Source: a virus
UHGV virus genome: UHGV-0255373
Strand: one strand, 5' to 3'
Length of the DNA: 46,830 bases
Made by a program: the position numbers and the translations under genes. Within the stretch, counting starts at the first letter, position 1. Every line of letters starts with the position of its first letter. This document shows positions 10,901-20,162 of the stretch, piece by piece. A model generated the notes under the pieces. It made no database searches. It worked only from the letters and a program-made list of their open reading frames with translations, and was not told the origin of the DNA.

Positions 10901-12499
10901 TCCTCCTGAACCTCCGCTTCCCGAATCACTGCTGTCATCAGGTTTGTTTATAATGTTAAGTTCATCAAAGCCCATTAACTGTTTCTTTAATTCTTTTACT
11001 TTATCGGCTGTTCCACCTACTGCATCGCTTGCACCGTTAGCGCTATCTTCTACATCGTCTAAAGCCCCTCCACCGCCAGCAATACCGCTGTAATCGATTT
11101 TAGGCAATTCGAACCCAAAGAAATTAGCTATCGTATTCGCTAGAGCAGTAAGCCACTGTACTGCTATCTGTACATATGGAATAAGTTTGCTTATGAACAC
11201 ACTAGCAATATTCCCCACTGCACGTTTTAGCATTGTAAACTGTTGTGTTAAGATACGAACTGCATTTGCTGGTGTTGCGATTGTACGAGCCATATCATTG
11301 AATACATCAACTTTGCTCGCGTTATTCATTATGGTTATGTAACGCATGATTGCTTGAGTGTTTTGATCCCATTCAGATACTGCGCCTTCAAGTCCATACT
11401 TCAAACCAGTCTGTTTAACCATTGCAACACTTACGTTGTTACCATAATCCTTAAGACCTTTGATTTGTCCACTCATCGCCGAATTAATCTTATCGAACGA
11501 TTCACTAGGATCAACATTCATTAACGATGAATAATCGTATGCTAACTGTGTTAGGTTTTGCGACATGATCTGTGCCTTGTCACTGGCTACATCAAAACCA
11601 GTAATAAGGTTATTTAACCTACCTTGAAAACTCATCCATTCACTGGTATCAATCCCCATAGCTCCTTGAACCTTGTTTGCAAAGTCTAAAGCGCTTTGAG
11701 TTGTTTCACCCATTGCAACATTGAATAGGTTTAAGTTTTCTACATATTGTGATGATTCTTCAAAAACACTCGTTAAGGCACCAACGACACCTTGGATTAC
11801 GAATGTCATAGTTCTAAAACTGGCTACTGATTTACCTAATCGACTCATTAAGCTGCCGCTTGTTTTGCTTGCTTTAGATGCACTTCTTGAATAGCTTTCC
11901 ATTTGTGTGGTTGCTTTTTTTATGTGCCACGGTAAATTACTAAATGCTCTTCCCAGTTTAATAGAAACACCATTAAGCGGTTTAATTGCATTTGCAAGCT
12001 GTTTCATTTGTGAAGAGAATTTGTTAAAGTCAACATCGGTTAGTTGCCTTGAAATTTCAGGCAGTTTTTTTAACTGATTAAAGAAACTTCCTAAATTCGT
12101 CTTGCCTAAGTCCTGTAACGGCTGTATTGCGATTTTTAGTTTGTTAATATCTTCTGTAAACTTATCAAACTTAGTATCGCCTAAATCTGAAGCAATGACT
12201 TTTATATCAGCAATCTGTTTCAATAAGCCAGTTGCACCAGTTTTAAATCCATTCAACCCCGTAAAACTGCTAGCTAACCTATCCATACCGTTAGCCAGCT
12301 GTACAAACTGTGCTGTGTTTATACTCTTTGCTACAGCATTAAGATTTTTTAATGTGATAGACAGACTTTTTAGACTGCTTATACCATTAAGATTATTTTT
12401 TAAATTTCCTAATGAACCAGCTAATTTGTCTATTTCTCCACTAGCATTACTGGCATTACTCTCTATTTCAATGCTCAGTTTGTCTATTTCCATTGACAT
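7967..12499 (-). CDS. Tape measure protein
   Basis: 1510 aa, helical and Ala/Lys-rich, LMGFDELN motif, C-terminal FVAREAGPELVG; follows the chaperone pair. Confidence 0.92.
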   Translation of the reverse strand: MSMEIDKLSIEIESNASNASGEIDKLAGSLGNLKNNLNGISSLKSLSITLKNLNAVAKSINTAQFVQLANGMDRLASSFTGLNGFKTGATGLLKQIADIKVIASDLGDTKFDKFTEDINKLKIAIQPLQDLGKTNLGSFFNQLKKLPEISRQLTDVDFNKFSSQMKQLANAIKPLNGVSIKLGRAFSNLPWHIKKATTQMESYSRSASKASKTSGSLMSRLGKSVASFRTMTFVIQGVVGALTSVFEESSQYVENLNLFNVAMGETTQSALDFANKVQGAMGIDTSEWMSFQGRLNNLITGFDVASDKAQIMSQNLTQLAYDYSSLMNVDPSESFDKINSAMSGQIKGLKDYGNNVSVAMVKQTGLKYGLEGAVSEWDQNTQAIMRYITIMNNASKVDVFNDMARTIATPANAVRILTQQFTMLKRAVGNIASVFISKLIPYVQIAVQWLTALANTIANFFGFELPKIDYSGIAGGGGALDDVEDSANGASDAVGGTADKVKELKKQLMGFDELNIINKPDDSSDSGSGGSGGAGGGGSIGDIELPQYDFLKGLENQTNEMMERLAKKMAEMFKPVTDSWNKYGKGVLDSIEYQWTEIGKLVDSIGVSFGTVWQNGTGEETMDHIFSIITNINITVGNLAKQFRTAWDEAGNGTQIVQNLWDSFNVFLGLIDDISRDLVKLSDTLDFKPAVKSVVNFTDAFKDLSTTISKLLYGGYKNVLEPLAKWSIEKAVPSLVDSLSKAVKGLSKVLDALRPTINIIEKVATALLKMAGNTVLKAIDLLASAVDGIGSMFKKFPGLMTGVTTAVGAFITAWKVDQLVSTNTKINTIIASLKLIPSAVTSVKSVGFTQAMSDWASASFGASNAISSLISFGSKLNSIDGPLKAVSLGFGSLATKAESAFGASNLLSTGLTFLASNPLVAVVGGLTAISIACVALIGDSNNLTREQEKLVEESKELATESKKLAKAQQELNKAGEENAKRANENAEKAMIWKNELSKLVDENGRVNGSMELAKYYVGQLNTELGTNITITDGVIQNYKEEMNAINQTVEALKRKALMQAYEEEYINAVKEEATVKQNLATAQNNYNNAYSAWVSKMIEYGATADDINNKTQAYYNALNQVNLKNNDLNITLASTNDALTQAENAFVANVEAQNNYTASAQATSGTISSVTASICEQYGKMSTDGYYTYTSLAQGLNDLGDKCNENGERWKMLSATEQQASKEARIQLLNDLVLKATASGKTYDEMISTAEKKGAKLTQTDKNHLREQYDALKKANDERLAELDRTYNLTESKKVISNSKLKKNDKETLAELTEQWRKSGNEQGLGLIKNLSDQLSKDKGKVTDKSKEIMKDIEKQAKDSKPEVKVDVKSPAQSKLDEIKSRIEGVKPSVTINLKANKKGININGQTFKIDMYANGGFPDMGQMFVAREAGPELVGRIGKKTAVANNDQIVSAVSGGVYNAMRSAMAGMSGGGKFEIHTTVEIDKKAVGKSVVDYNNGIVKQTGKSPLLI

Positions 12500-12506
12500 T
12501 TTAGAT

Positions 12507-12547
12507 AACCTCCTTCCTTAAAAAAATTTAAGGCTCTCGGTCGGCTC
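12507..12547 (-). promoter_or_regulatory. Tandem GAGCC box B with a hairpin at the tape-measure SD
   Basis: TAA-T-GAGCC-GACCGA-GAGCC-TTAAATTTTTTTAAGGAAGGAGGTT. Confidence 0.6.
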
Positions 12548-12548
12548 A

Positions 12549-12932
12549 TTATTTAAATCGATTTACAAAATTTTTCATCCATACTTCAGCTCTCGCCGAT
12601 TCTTCTTCTACTAAATCTTCTTTAGCTTTTACTGCATTGAACTGATACGGTTTCTCTGTATATTTTGCTGGTGATTTTCCTTTATCTCTGCACCACACAT
12701 TATATACAACTGTACTTACAGCATCGTATATGTACATTCCTTGAATCCATGCATCTGTGTTATTTCGTTCATTGCGCAGTTTGTCAGCTTCTCGATAGTA
12801 TTTAGCAAGTGAAGGATCGTTTTCCCAAAACTGCTCATATGTCATTCCAATACTTAAATAGAATGGAAAAACTTCGTAAAACGTTTCTGTAAATGTTTTT
12901 GAGGACGGTTCTTCTAAAATGTCGCCGTCCAC
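12549..12932 (-). CDS. Tail assembly chaperone extension (gpT-like), reached by -1 frameshift
   Basis: In the -1 frame relative to the upstream chaperone; YLSIGMTYEQFW motif. Confidence 0.8.
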   Translation of the reverse strand: MDGDILEEPSSKTFTETFYEVFPFYLSIGMTYEQFWENDPSLAKYYREADKLRNERNNTDAWIQGMYIYDAVSTVVYNVWCRDKGKSPAKYTEKPYQFNAVKAKEDLVEEESARAEVWMKNFVNRFK

Positions 12933-13255
12933 TTGATCGCGTTTTTTTCTGTACTATCCTCAAATAAAGTATTTAATGTTTCCATTGCCATTTCACTTAA
13001 TTTGTTGTACATTTCGTTTTTATCAGTAAACAATTCAAACATTTCTTCAATCAATTCTTTTGATGTGCGTTTATGATTTGCAAAGAAAGCATATTCAAAT
13101 AATTTAGGTAAGATTGTAACTGGTTTTTTATCCAAGTCAGTTAAATTAATTCCATCTGCTTCCATTTTTTCTAATGTTTTTCTTGTGTACTCCAATGTGT
13201 AATCCTTATCTTTATAAGTAAAATTTATAACTTTAGCCATATTATTTTCCTCCAT
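12914..13255 (-). CDS. Tail assembly chaperone (gpG-like)
   Basis: Between major tail protein and TMP; ends ...EKNAIKWTATF over a slippery site. Confidence 0.82.
   Translation of the reverse strand: MEENNMAKVINFTYKDKDYTLEYTRKTLEKMEADGINLTDLDKKPVTILPKLFEYAFFANHKRTSKELIEEMFELFTDKNEMYNKLSEMAMETLNTLFEDSTEKNAIKWTATF
12941..12947 (-). other. Programmed -1 frameshift heptamer A AAA AAC
   Basis: GAA AAA AAC; a -1 slip gives EKKRDQVDGDILEEPSS, joining 12549..12932. Confidence 0.8.
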
Positions 13256-13273
13256 ATTTAAACTACGAAAGGA

Positions 13274-13750
13274 TTAACCTTCCGCAGTTGTTGATTTTGT
13301 TTCCCATGCCGGCGCATTTGTTGGTGTAATATATAAATTTGTTTCCAATATACTGTTAACTGCCATTGCTGGTAACCCCATAGCACTTGGTTGTCCAGTG
13401 AAGTAAACAGATTTTTCAAGTCTTGGATGTTTGATTTCAAACCATACTGCTTTGTTTGATTCACTGGCTGTTTTATATGCTTTTACCAGTGTATCCCATG
13501 CAGTACTTAATTCTTCGGTGTAGTTAGCCAAAAATGGTAATGCACCACCTAAATCCTTTAAGCCTTCGATATAAGTTTTGTACTCTGTTTCCTTTAAAAC
13601 TGTAGTTTCCAATGTTTCAGGTTCAGGATTCATTTCAGGTACTTCCTTAATATCAGGAATTTCAATGTAATTTGTTGTTGGTCTAGTTCCAGCGCTAGCT
13701 TCTACAGCATATCCAACTGTTACACCAGCAGTATTTAACGCAACTCCCAT
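13274..13750 (-). CDS. Major tail tube protein
   Basis: IPDIKEVPEMNPEPETLETT...YIEGLKDLGG motif; synteny. Confidence 0.88.
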   Translation of the reverse strand: MGVALNTAGVTVGYAVEASAGTRPTTNYIEIPDIKEVPEMNPEPETLETTVLKETEYKTYIEGLKDLGGALPFLANYTEELSTAWDTLVKAYKTASESNKAVWFEIKHPRLEKSVYFTGQPSAMGLPAMAVNSILETNLYITPTNAPAWETKSTTAEG

Positions 13751-13752
13751 AT

Positions 13753-14142
13753 TTAATTTCCTCCTATTGAATTTACTTTTTTAAATCTTGCAATTCTTCT
13801 GTATATATCACTATCTGCACTTTTTATCGGCTGATTGAATGTTCTTAAATATCCATGCTTTACCAATACATCGTTGATAACAGCCACTATTTTCATGCAT
13901 TCATCTTTACTATCAATACTTACAACTTCAATTTTGTAAGTTTCGATTGCGACGTTTTCATTTTCATTAAAAGTTGAATAATCAGTATTAATAATATTGT
14001 CGCTCTGCATTATACAGACAGCTGGAAACTTAGGAGGTGTATTAGATATTTCCTCACCAGTTATGTAAATATTATCAATGCCATATTCTTCACGTAATTT
14101 TGAAGCGACTACTTCAAATACATAACTTTCGTGATCTATCAT
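13753..14142 (-). CDS. Tail terminator/completion protein
   Basis: PKFPAV motif; directly upstream of the tail tube gene. Confidence 0.65.
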   Translation of the reverse strand: MIDHESYVFEVVASKLREEYGIDNIYITGEEISNTPPKFPAVCIMQSDNIINTDYSTFNENENVAIETYKIEVVSIDSKDECMKIVAVINDVLVKHGYLRTFNQPIKSADSDIYRRIARFKKVNSIGGN

Positions 14143-14645
14143 TATCTAAACACCTCCCTAATAATCTTTTCCATTTTGTTATAACGGAGTTCCATAGCAG
14201 TTTCATACATAAATGGACGTGAGGGCATACCGCTTGTAAAACGATACCCACCGCTTCCATCAGGATAAAACCACCCAGTTACTGTTACCCCATTTATTGC
14301 ATATTCTTTAATGTTATCTCCAGTGTTATATTTCCACCCCATGCTATCACCTATGTATGGATTTTCCTCACCTTTTGGACCTGTACCAAATTCTACAAAC
14401 ATAGCACAATCCCCTACAGATAACATCGCATAACAATTATTTGATTTTTTTGATACAGAACTTAACATATCGCCAGTTTCTATGGCATCAAATTCGAATA
14501 TCTTATTAATAATTGTTGTATATCCTTCATCAGCTAATCGTTGTACCAACTGGTTAGCTTTTTTATTTAAATCTTGTTTGTACTGCTCCAACTGCTTCAA
14601 TGCTTTATCAATACCCTTATCACTCAGTTTTACTTTTATCTTCAT
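14142..14645 (-). CDS. Neck protein (HK97 gp10-like)
   Basis: FVEFGTG...GMPSRPFMY motif. Confidence 0.8.
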   Translation of the reverse strand: MKIKVKLSDKGIDKALKQLEQYKQDLNKKANQLVQRLADEGYTTIINKIFEFDAIETGDMLSSVSKKSNNCYAMLSVGDCAMFVEFGTGPKGEENPYIGDSMGWKYNTGDNIKEYAINGVTVTGWFYPDGSGGYRFTSGMPSRPFMYETAMELRYNKMEKIIREVFR

Positions 14646-14982
14646 TTTTGTTGACTTTTTCGATAGCGTATTTTATACAACTGTAGCTTGGAGCAACTGC
14701 TTTAACTTTGTAATTGTATGGTTGGGTTTTGGGAATTCCAATCCATAACCGTGTAAATTCATCTATAGTACATGACAAATTGTGGGTAGACATTGTCTTG
14801 TCGTACTTTAGATCGTTACCAAAGATATCCTCATTAGGTTCTCCTTTGTTGGAACTTACACACAAACGCATTGATTCAATATCTCCATATCCTTTAACTG
14901 GATTACCGTATTTATCAACCGTTTCACCCACACCGTAGTTTTGGTAGAAAATAGTCTGTTGATTGATTGCTAAATCTCTCAT
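14620..14982 (-). CDS. Head closure/head-tail joining protein
   Basis: Synteny and size. Confidence 0.6.
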   Translation of the reverse strand: MRDLAINQQTIFYQNYGVGETVDKYGNPVKGYGDIESMRLCVSSNKGEPNEDIFGNDLKYDKTMSTHNLSCTIDEFTRLWIGIPKTQPYNYKVKAVAPSYSCIKYAIEKVNKNEDKSKTE

Positions 14983-15299
14983 AATATTTCACACTTAGGA
15001 AGTATCTTCCCAACTAAAGATTTCGAAATATCAGCAGTATCATATGTACGTGAAATTCCATTTTCAGTGCGCTGTGTCTCACCCTCACTGCCCCTACGGT
15101 TGAACATTTCGATACACATTTGTACTTGTAAATGCAAGTACCTATTTTCTACATATGTTTCTCCTAACTTATTTAATGGAATCTCACCATTAGGGAAACG
15201 TGCATTAAGAATAACACCCTTGCTTAGTTCCAAAAGCACTTCGATATCATCATCAGTAATCTCAGGCACCAGCTTCTTAAGCATTTCTTTTTGTGTCAT
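14979..15299 (-). CDS. Head-tail connector (SPP1 gp15-like)
   Basis: FNRRGSEGETQRTENGISRTY motif. Confidence 0.8.
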   Translation of the reverse strand: MTQKEMLKKLVPEITDDDIEVLLELSKGVILNARFPNGEIPLNKLGETYVENRYLHLQVQMCIEMFNRRGSEGETQRTENGISRTYDTADISKSLVGKILPKCEIL

Positions 15300-15312
15300 T
15301 CTTAATCACCTC

Positions 15313-16125
15313 TTATCCTGATACTGATGTAGATTTTTTCTCTAATTTAACTGCTTTAGTATCGTCTACGAATGCAAAGATACCGTACTTTCTACTGTAG
15401 ATAGTATTTAACCTAACATTTGCATTACGTTCTTGTTCTACTTCAGTTCCTTTTTTAACAAAGAATTTAACTGCTTCTTTTGTTGCTAAAATAACTGTAC
15501 CTTGTGTTGCATGATTAGAGTTATATAAAGGAACTCCAGCAACATGTCCAATATATCCGGCACGTGCATAATCTTCGACGTATTTTAAATCGTCTTTAAG
15601 ATTTTTTCTGATTTCTGCTTTATCTTTTGGATGTACTAATCCAAAAATCGCCATATCTTCTTGTTCGTTTTCAGGGAACAATGCGGAACCGTCAACAAAT
15701 GCATCAAAATCAAATTTTTCAACTTCAACCTTTGCTGTTGCTTTTTGGAATTCTGCCATAGCTTTTGTATTAGATGTGTTATACATATCTACAGCCATAT
15801 GATTGACTCCGGTAGTTACTACATTTGGATCAGTCATTTCTTCCTCATCATAGTAAGGGAAACGATTTTGTAACATTTCAATTTCATATTCTTCTTGTGT
15901 TAATTTAACTTCAATGTTCTTAGTGTTTCCATTACCCATTGTCAATACTTCTGTACCATTAGTAGCACTGTAACGATTAATTTTCTTTTTAGTTCCCGGT
16001 GTACCTACTAACGAATCATCGACAGTACAAAATCTCATTAAATCTAATTTCGATTGATACTGATTTTCAAATTCGGTTGCTAATACGAAATTATCGTACT
16101 TTTGGTGTGTATGGTTTAATGCCAT
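15313..16125 (-). CDS. Major capsid protein
   Basis: 270 aa after the scaffold; VDDSLVGTPG, GYIGHVAGVP, EVEQERN motifs. Confidence 0.88.
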   Translation of the reverse strand: MALNHTHQKYDNFVLATEFENQYQSKLDLMRFCTVDDSLVGTPGTKKKINRYSATNGTEVLTMGNGNTKNIEVKLTQEEYEIEMLQNRFPYYDEEEMTDPNVVTTGVNHMAVDMYNTSNTKAMAEFQKATAKVEVEKFDFDAFVDGSALFPENEQEDMAIFGLVHPKDKAEIRKNLKDDLKYVEDYARAGYIGHVAGVPLYNSNHATQGTVILATKEAVKFFVKKGTEVEQERNANVRLNTIYSRKYGIFAFVDDTKAVKLEKKSTSVSG

Positions 16126-16127
16126 AT

Positions 16128-16709
16128 TTAATTTCCTCCTTCGGCTAATTGTTTGAAGGTGTCGGGATCGGTATCGAATAATTTTTGCTTATCTTGAATA
16201 GATAATTTATTAAATTTTTCTTTTGTCATACCTTCCTCACTACCTCCACCTTCAGGTGTTTTAGTGTTTTTTAATAATTCATCAGTTGTGTTCTTTTTAA
16301 CTGATTCGGCAAATTTACTTTGATTAGCAATAACTTTTGTGAAATCTCCATCAACCATTGCTTCGGCTGTTTCCTGAGCCAGCTTAGTATCGTAACCTAA
16401 TTCAACTAATTCAGTTTTCCTTTCGGCAATAGTTGTTTTTCTTAGCAATGCATCATAGTTATTCTGTAATTCTTCATTCGCCTCATTTTGAGCAATCTCT
16501 AACTGCTCTTTTTCACTTAGCGTAGAATTATATTTCTTCTTCCAAGAACTTGCTTCTTTGCTTGCTTCATCTTTTAATTTTTTCATTTTGTCGTATTCTT
16601 CTTTATCGACAACTGAATCAGGTTCAGGTAAATCCGCTAATGCTTCCTGAATTTCTTCAAAAGTCATGTTATCTTTGTACTTTTTGCCTAAATGCTTTTT
16701 TAAATCCAT
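16128..16709 (-). CDS. Capsid scaffolding protein
   Basis: Charged coiled coil with TPEGGG linker and short C-terminal helix; upstream of the capsid gene. Confidence 0.78.
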   Translation of the reverse strand: MDLKKHLGKKYKDNMTFEEIQEALADLPEPDSVVDKEEYDKMKKLKDEASKEASSWKKKYNSTLSEKEQLEIAQNEANEELQNNYDALLRKTTIAERKTELVELGYDTKLAQETAEAMVDGDFTKVIANQSKFAESVKKNTTDELLKNTKTPEGGGSEEGMTKEKFNKLSIQDKQKLFDTDPDTFKQLAEGGN

Positions 16710-16712
16710 AAT

Positions 16713-18188
16713 TTATTCTCCTTGCTCTTTAACGTTTTTCTCTAACCTTTGCTCGTTTCCGACCTTCTCCGTCGTTTGCTCCTTAACGTTCTTCTCCAAC
16801 TGTTTTTCACTGTCTTTGTATACCTGTTGCGGATCAGGAAATAAATCAACAGTTTTAATTGCGTGGCGCATATTTATTCCAGCAGTCTGTAAATTCATAA
16901 GTGCTTGCGTCTTGTTTAATAAATTACTAATCTTATTCCGATTAAACTTAATATCTATATCAGCGATACATAACTCGCTGATATCATTATCTTTAGAGCG
17001 TTCAATAATATTTTTGATTACTAGCATCATTTGACGTTCACTGTTGCCAAATAACGTTTCTGCACTTTGCGCATTTTCTTCAGCTAACTGCCACCCTGAT
17101 TCGCCTAACATTAAAGCAACACCAGTGTTACCGCCACTTGACTGCCCTCTAGCCGGTGTACCGGTAATCTGTAACACCTGCATATATAAATAGTCAGCTA
17201 GTGTCTGGACCTCTGTTTGATTCAGCTCTGTTTTTATATACTGCAATATTGGTGTTTTTCCATCGCTTAGTGATTTCGTAGAAATACCACCTTCTTCTCT
17301 AAGTAACTTAAACTGTTCATTATCAATACCGATATCGTTAAACCATAGCAATGACTGTACAAACTGTGCTAATCCGTTAAGACGATCAGAAGTACATAAG
17401 TTTATTGCTTCAAGCAGTCCAAGAACTCTTTCAAAACATCCCATCCTTGAATCATCGTTTTTGTATTCGATAATTGGAATTGCTCCTATTCCATTTATCG
17501 ATTCTTCAAGTTTTCCATCAGGGGTGAACACATTTCCATATCTCCCCGTTGTTTTATAAACAAAATTTTCAGTGTAAATTGTGCAGTGAATCATATTATC
17601 TTCATCAATCCAGTATGTAACACCCATCATTGGTTCATGAAAAACATCAGCACTATAAACAACGAATGTAAAACGCGGATCCAGATTAGTAATCCGAAAA
17701 TCACTAACTCCTTTTTTTACTTTGTATGGTGTAACCATTCGATAACCAACACCGCAAATTGAAAACGTTCTTGCCAGCTCCTGATCTTTGTAATATTTGC
17801 CTTCCTCGAACATCATTTCATTTAATGCATCTACTACGTTGTCTCCACTTGATTCGGTATTAGATAAATCTTTATTAGCACGCTGAACATAGCTTATCGG
17901 TTGTCCGAAAACATATCCGACTTTAAAGTTGACGATCTCGTGTGCGTGATTTTCAACAATTTTATTATTTATTTCAGGTCTTACATCCTTTTGACGATAA
18001 AGAATATTTTGATTTCCCTTTTCATACTCAAACAGTCGTCTTATTTGACTACGGTTTCTTATATGAATAGACATTGCCTTACCCAACACATCATGTATGT
18101 TGTCTTTGGTGATTTCCACAACATCCGTAGTAATCATTTTTCTGCCTTTAAACTGTTCTATTGCTAATTCACCTGTCGTACTACTCAT
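16713..18188 (-). CDS. Portal protein (SPP1 gp6-like)
   Basis: INNKIVENHAHEIVNFKVGYVFGQP and IPIIEY motifs. Confidence 0.92.
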   Translation of the reverse strand: MSSTTGELAIEQFKGRKMITTDVVEITKDNIHDVLGKAMSIHIRNRSQIRRLFEYEKGNQNILYRQKDVRPEINNKIVENHAHEIVNFKVGYVFGQPISYVQRANKDLSNTESSGDNVVDALNEMMFEEGKYYKDQELARTFSICGVGYRMVTPYKVKKGVSDFRITNLDPRFTFVVYSADVFHEPMMGVTYWIDEDNMIHCTIYTENFVYKTTGRYGNVFTPDGKLEESINGIGAIPIIEYKNDDSRMGCFERVLGLLEAINLCTSDRLNGLAQFVQSLLWFNDIGIDNEQFKLLREEGGISTKSLSDGKTPILQYIKTELNQTEVQTLADYLYMQVLQITGTPARGQSSGGNTGVALMLGESGWQLAEENAQSAETLFGNSERQMMLVIKNIIERSKDNDISELCIADIDIKFNRNKISNLLNKTQALMNLQTAGINMRHAIKTVDLFPDPQQVYKDSEKQLEKNVKEQTTEKVGNEQRLEKNVKEQGE

Positions 18189-18210
18189 AACACACCCCCT
18201 AACTGTAAAT

Positions 18211-18260
18211 AAAAAGAGCCGACTATTACGTTTTTTACGTAATACATCGGCTCATGGCTC
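18211..18260 (-). terminator. Intrinsic terminator whose 5' arm is tandem GAGCC box C
   Basis: A-GAGCC-AT-GAGCCGATGTATTACGT-AAAA-AACGTAATAGTCGGCTC-TTTTT upstream of the portal gene. Confidence 0.85.
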
Positions 18261-18265
18261 TGTTT

Positions 18266-18415
18266 TTATTTAATTTTACTTAATTCAATCTTTATTGGTT
18301 TTTTATCTTCCTTACACCATAGATACACTGTTCCTTTTGAACCTTCTTCTACAGCTCCTAGAAGTTTCTTTTTACCCCTTTTTGCACAAACGGGGCAATA
18401 TATTTCTTTTTTCAA
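18266..18415 (-). CDS. 49-aa zinc-ribbon protein (Com-like/Cys-rich KTR-like), putative RNA-binding late regulator
   Basis: Manual translation, TTG start after AGGAAGTGGGG: MKKEIYCPVCAKRGKKKLLGAVEEGSKGTVYLWCKEDKKPIKIELSKIK. Confidence 0.75.
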   Translation of the reverse strand: MKKEIYCPVCAKRGKKKLLGAVEEGSKGTVYLWCKEDKKPIKIELSKIK

Positions 18416-18441
18416 TTTTAATTACCCCACTTCCTACTTTA

Positions 18442-18470
18442 AGGCTACGTACAGATTTTAACCTTGTCAA
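18442..18470 (-). promoter_or_regulatory. SigA-like promoter for the zinc-ribbon gene and head operon
   Basis: TTGACA-N17-TAGCCT. Confidence 0.6.
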
Positions 18471-18478
18471 GAAAAAAA

Positions 18479-20119
18479 TTATATTCCTAAATCTTTTCTA
18501 CTGAAAGTTGTTACAGAAGTGTATTTTCCTCTTCCTCTTACTTCTGAAAGCATCGCCATACTGTCTGGTGCATCATCATTTTTATTTTTTCCTACAATTT
18601 TAAAAGCATATAGATTATTCATAAATAATTGATATTCTTTATGTCTGCGCCCGTTATCTAAATAGTAAAACTCTCTAATTTCAGGTGCACGTTCAAATAT
18701 ACGTGCTTCTTTTCGCTTATTAGTTGGTGCTGATTTACTTGTTATCGTACATTTATAGTCCCTCTGTTTTAATTCATTTTCTACCCACTCAGCATATTCA
18801 CTCCCGCCATTATTAGCTTCAAACTGAACATACTTAACATTATTTTTGATAATACAGTCTACAATTAATGGTCTTGTTATAGTTTTATCACCATTATTAA
18901 ATACTACATCAGGTATGAAATCTCCGTTTTCAGTTTCTACGCATACTGGTGCTGAAACATAATCACCACCACCCCACGCAACATCGACCGTCATATAATT
19001 TCTTACTGGTTCATCAGCTATTACCCCGTTATAGAAATTCATTGTATCAGGTGTAAATAGTGCTCCATCACGCTCAATAGGCTCTCCCATGTATTGAGCT
19101 TGCCATGATGCCATATCATTATTTCTTTCAAACTGTGCTCTTAACTGTTTGTAGTAGTCTGTATTAAATCCAACATTATAATCATAATCAAAATTAGATT
19201 CGTCGTTTTCATTAAGCGCTGGTAGATTAATTATTTTAAACCTTACCTTTTTACCTTCTTCATTATTCTGCAAGAAGTCCATCCTTAAACCAGCCGGATC
19301 AATTAAACTCCAGCGTGTACCAATCCATATTTTCTTTGCAGACTGTTTTGTACGAGGTATTAAATTGTTCGTTACCTTTGACCATGCATTCATTAAACGG
19401 TCTTTGTTTAACGCTTCTTCAATACCACCGATTAAGTCATCACTAATTAAATACCCAGAACAGTCACATGCCCCGTTCAATGTTCCATACAACGAACGAC
19501 ACGTTAATGTTGGATAACGTTTCTTTCTATCAATATCTATGGTTTCCTTTTTAGCATCAGTATTAGCAATACCTGAATTATTAAATACTTTTTTCCAGTT
19601 ATATGTATAGCTGTCTGTCACTACCTCCAACACACCAGTATACATAGCACTTGTAATTATAGCTGAGAACGCACTATATAAATTGCTTGCCTCACCATCT
19701 CGCCCCATGATCCACGTAATAAACAACATTAATATAGTTGTTTTCCCAACACGTGGTGGCATACTTACAAATAATTCATCCAGCTCATCATCAGCCAACG
19801 CCTGAAGTTCTTCAACTACAACTTTTAATACTTTCCTCCGCGGTTGATAGAATCGTTCCTCTGGTGGTCTATCAATTTCTAGATAAATTAAATAATCTTC
19901 AAAACAGTAAGGTGCACGAAACAATAAAACTTTTCGATACAGATCATACCATTCTTCACCTTGTTTAACATTTTTAATTACTGCTCTCTTAACCAGTTCA
20001 CTGCCTTTTCTTATGCTTAGTTCACTTGTCTCTAATCTGCATAACTCGAAACAGCTGTTTACTATTTCAAAAGAACTTCCTTTTTTCTTTAATGCATTTG
20101 ATATTTTATCTACATACAA
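18479..20119 (-). CDS. terL: Terminase large subunit
   Basis: Walker A SMPPRVGKT, Walker B LISDD, IGTRW, nuclease DVAWGGGD...NDDAPDS. Confidence 0.93.
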   Translation of the reverse strand: MYVDKISNALKKKGSSFEIVNSCFELCRLETSELSIRKGSELVKRAVIKNVKQGEEWYDLYRKVLLFRAPYCFEDYLIYLEIDRPPEERFYQPRRKVLKVVVEELQALADDELDELFVSMPPRVGKTTILMLFITWIMGRDGEASNLYSAFSAIITSAMYTGVLEVVTDSYTYNWKKVFNNSGIANTDAKKETIDIDRKKRYPTLTCRSLYGTLNGACDCSGYLISDDLIGGIEEALNKDRLMNAWSKVTNNLIPRTKQSAKKIWIGTRWSLIDPAGLRMDFLQNNEEGKKVRFKIINLPALNENDESNFDYDYNVGFNTDYYKQLRAQFERNNDMASWQAQYMGEPIERDGALFTPDTMNFYNGVIADEPVRNYMTVDVAWGGGDYVSAPVCVETENGDFIPDVVFNNGDKTITRPLIVDCIIKNNVKYVQFEANNGGSEYAEWVENELKQRDYKCTITSKSAPTNKRKEARIFERAPEIREFYYLDNGRRHKEYQLFMNNLYAFKIVGKNKNDDAPDSMAMLSEVRGRGKYTSVTTFSRKDLGI

Positions 20120-20122
20120 TAT

Positions 20123-20153
20123 AAAAACCCCTTTCCATTACGGCTCAGGGCTC
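20123..20153 (-). promoter_or_regulatory. Tandem GAGCC box D with a hairpin over the terL SD
   Basis: A-GAGCC-CT-GAGCC-GTAATGGAAAGGGGTTTTT-ATA-TTG. Confidence 0.7.
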
Positions 20154-20162
20154 TAATTTTTA

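Noticed and set aside
16722..16800. LEKNVKEQ duplication at the portal C-terminus
   Set aside because: Short duplication in a probably disordered tail with no evident function
18295..18504. Plus-strand 69-aa ORF in the track
   Set aside because: No SD; it is the antisense shadow of the zinc-ribbon gene and its promoter
372..19085. Single GAGCC pentamers inside coding regions (e.g. ~372, ~3033, ~19081)
   Set aside because: Not tandem or intergenic; expected by chance
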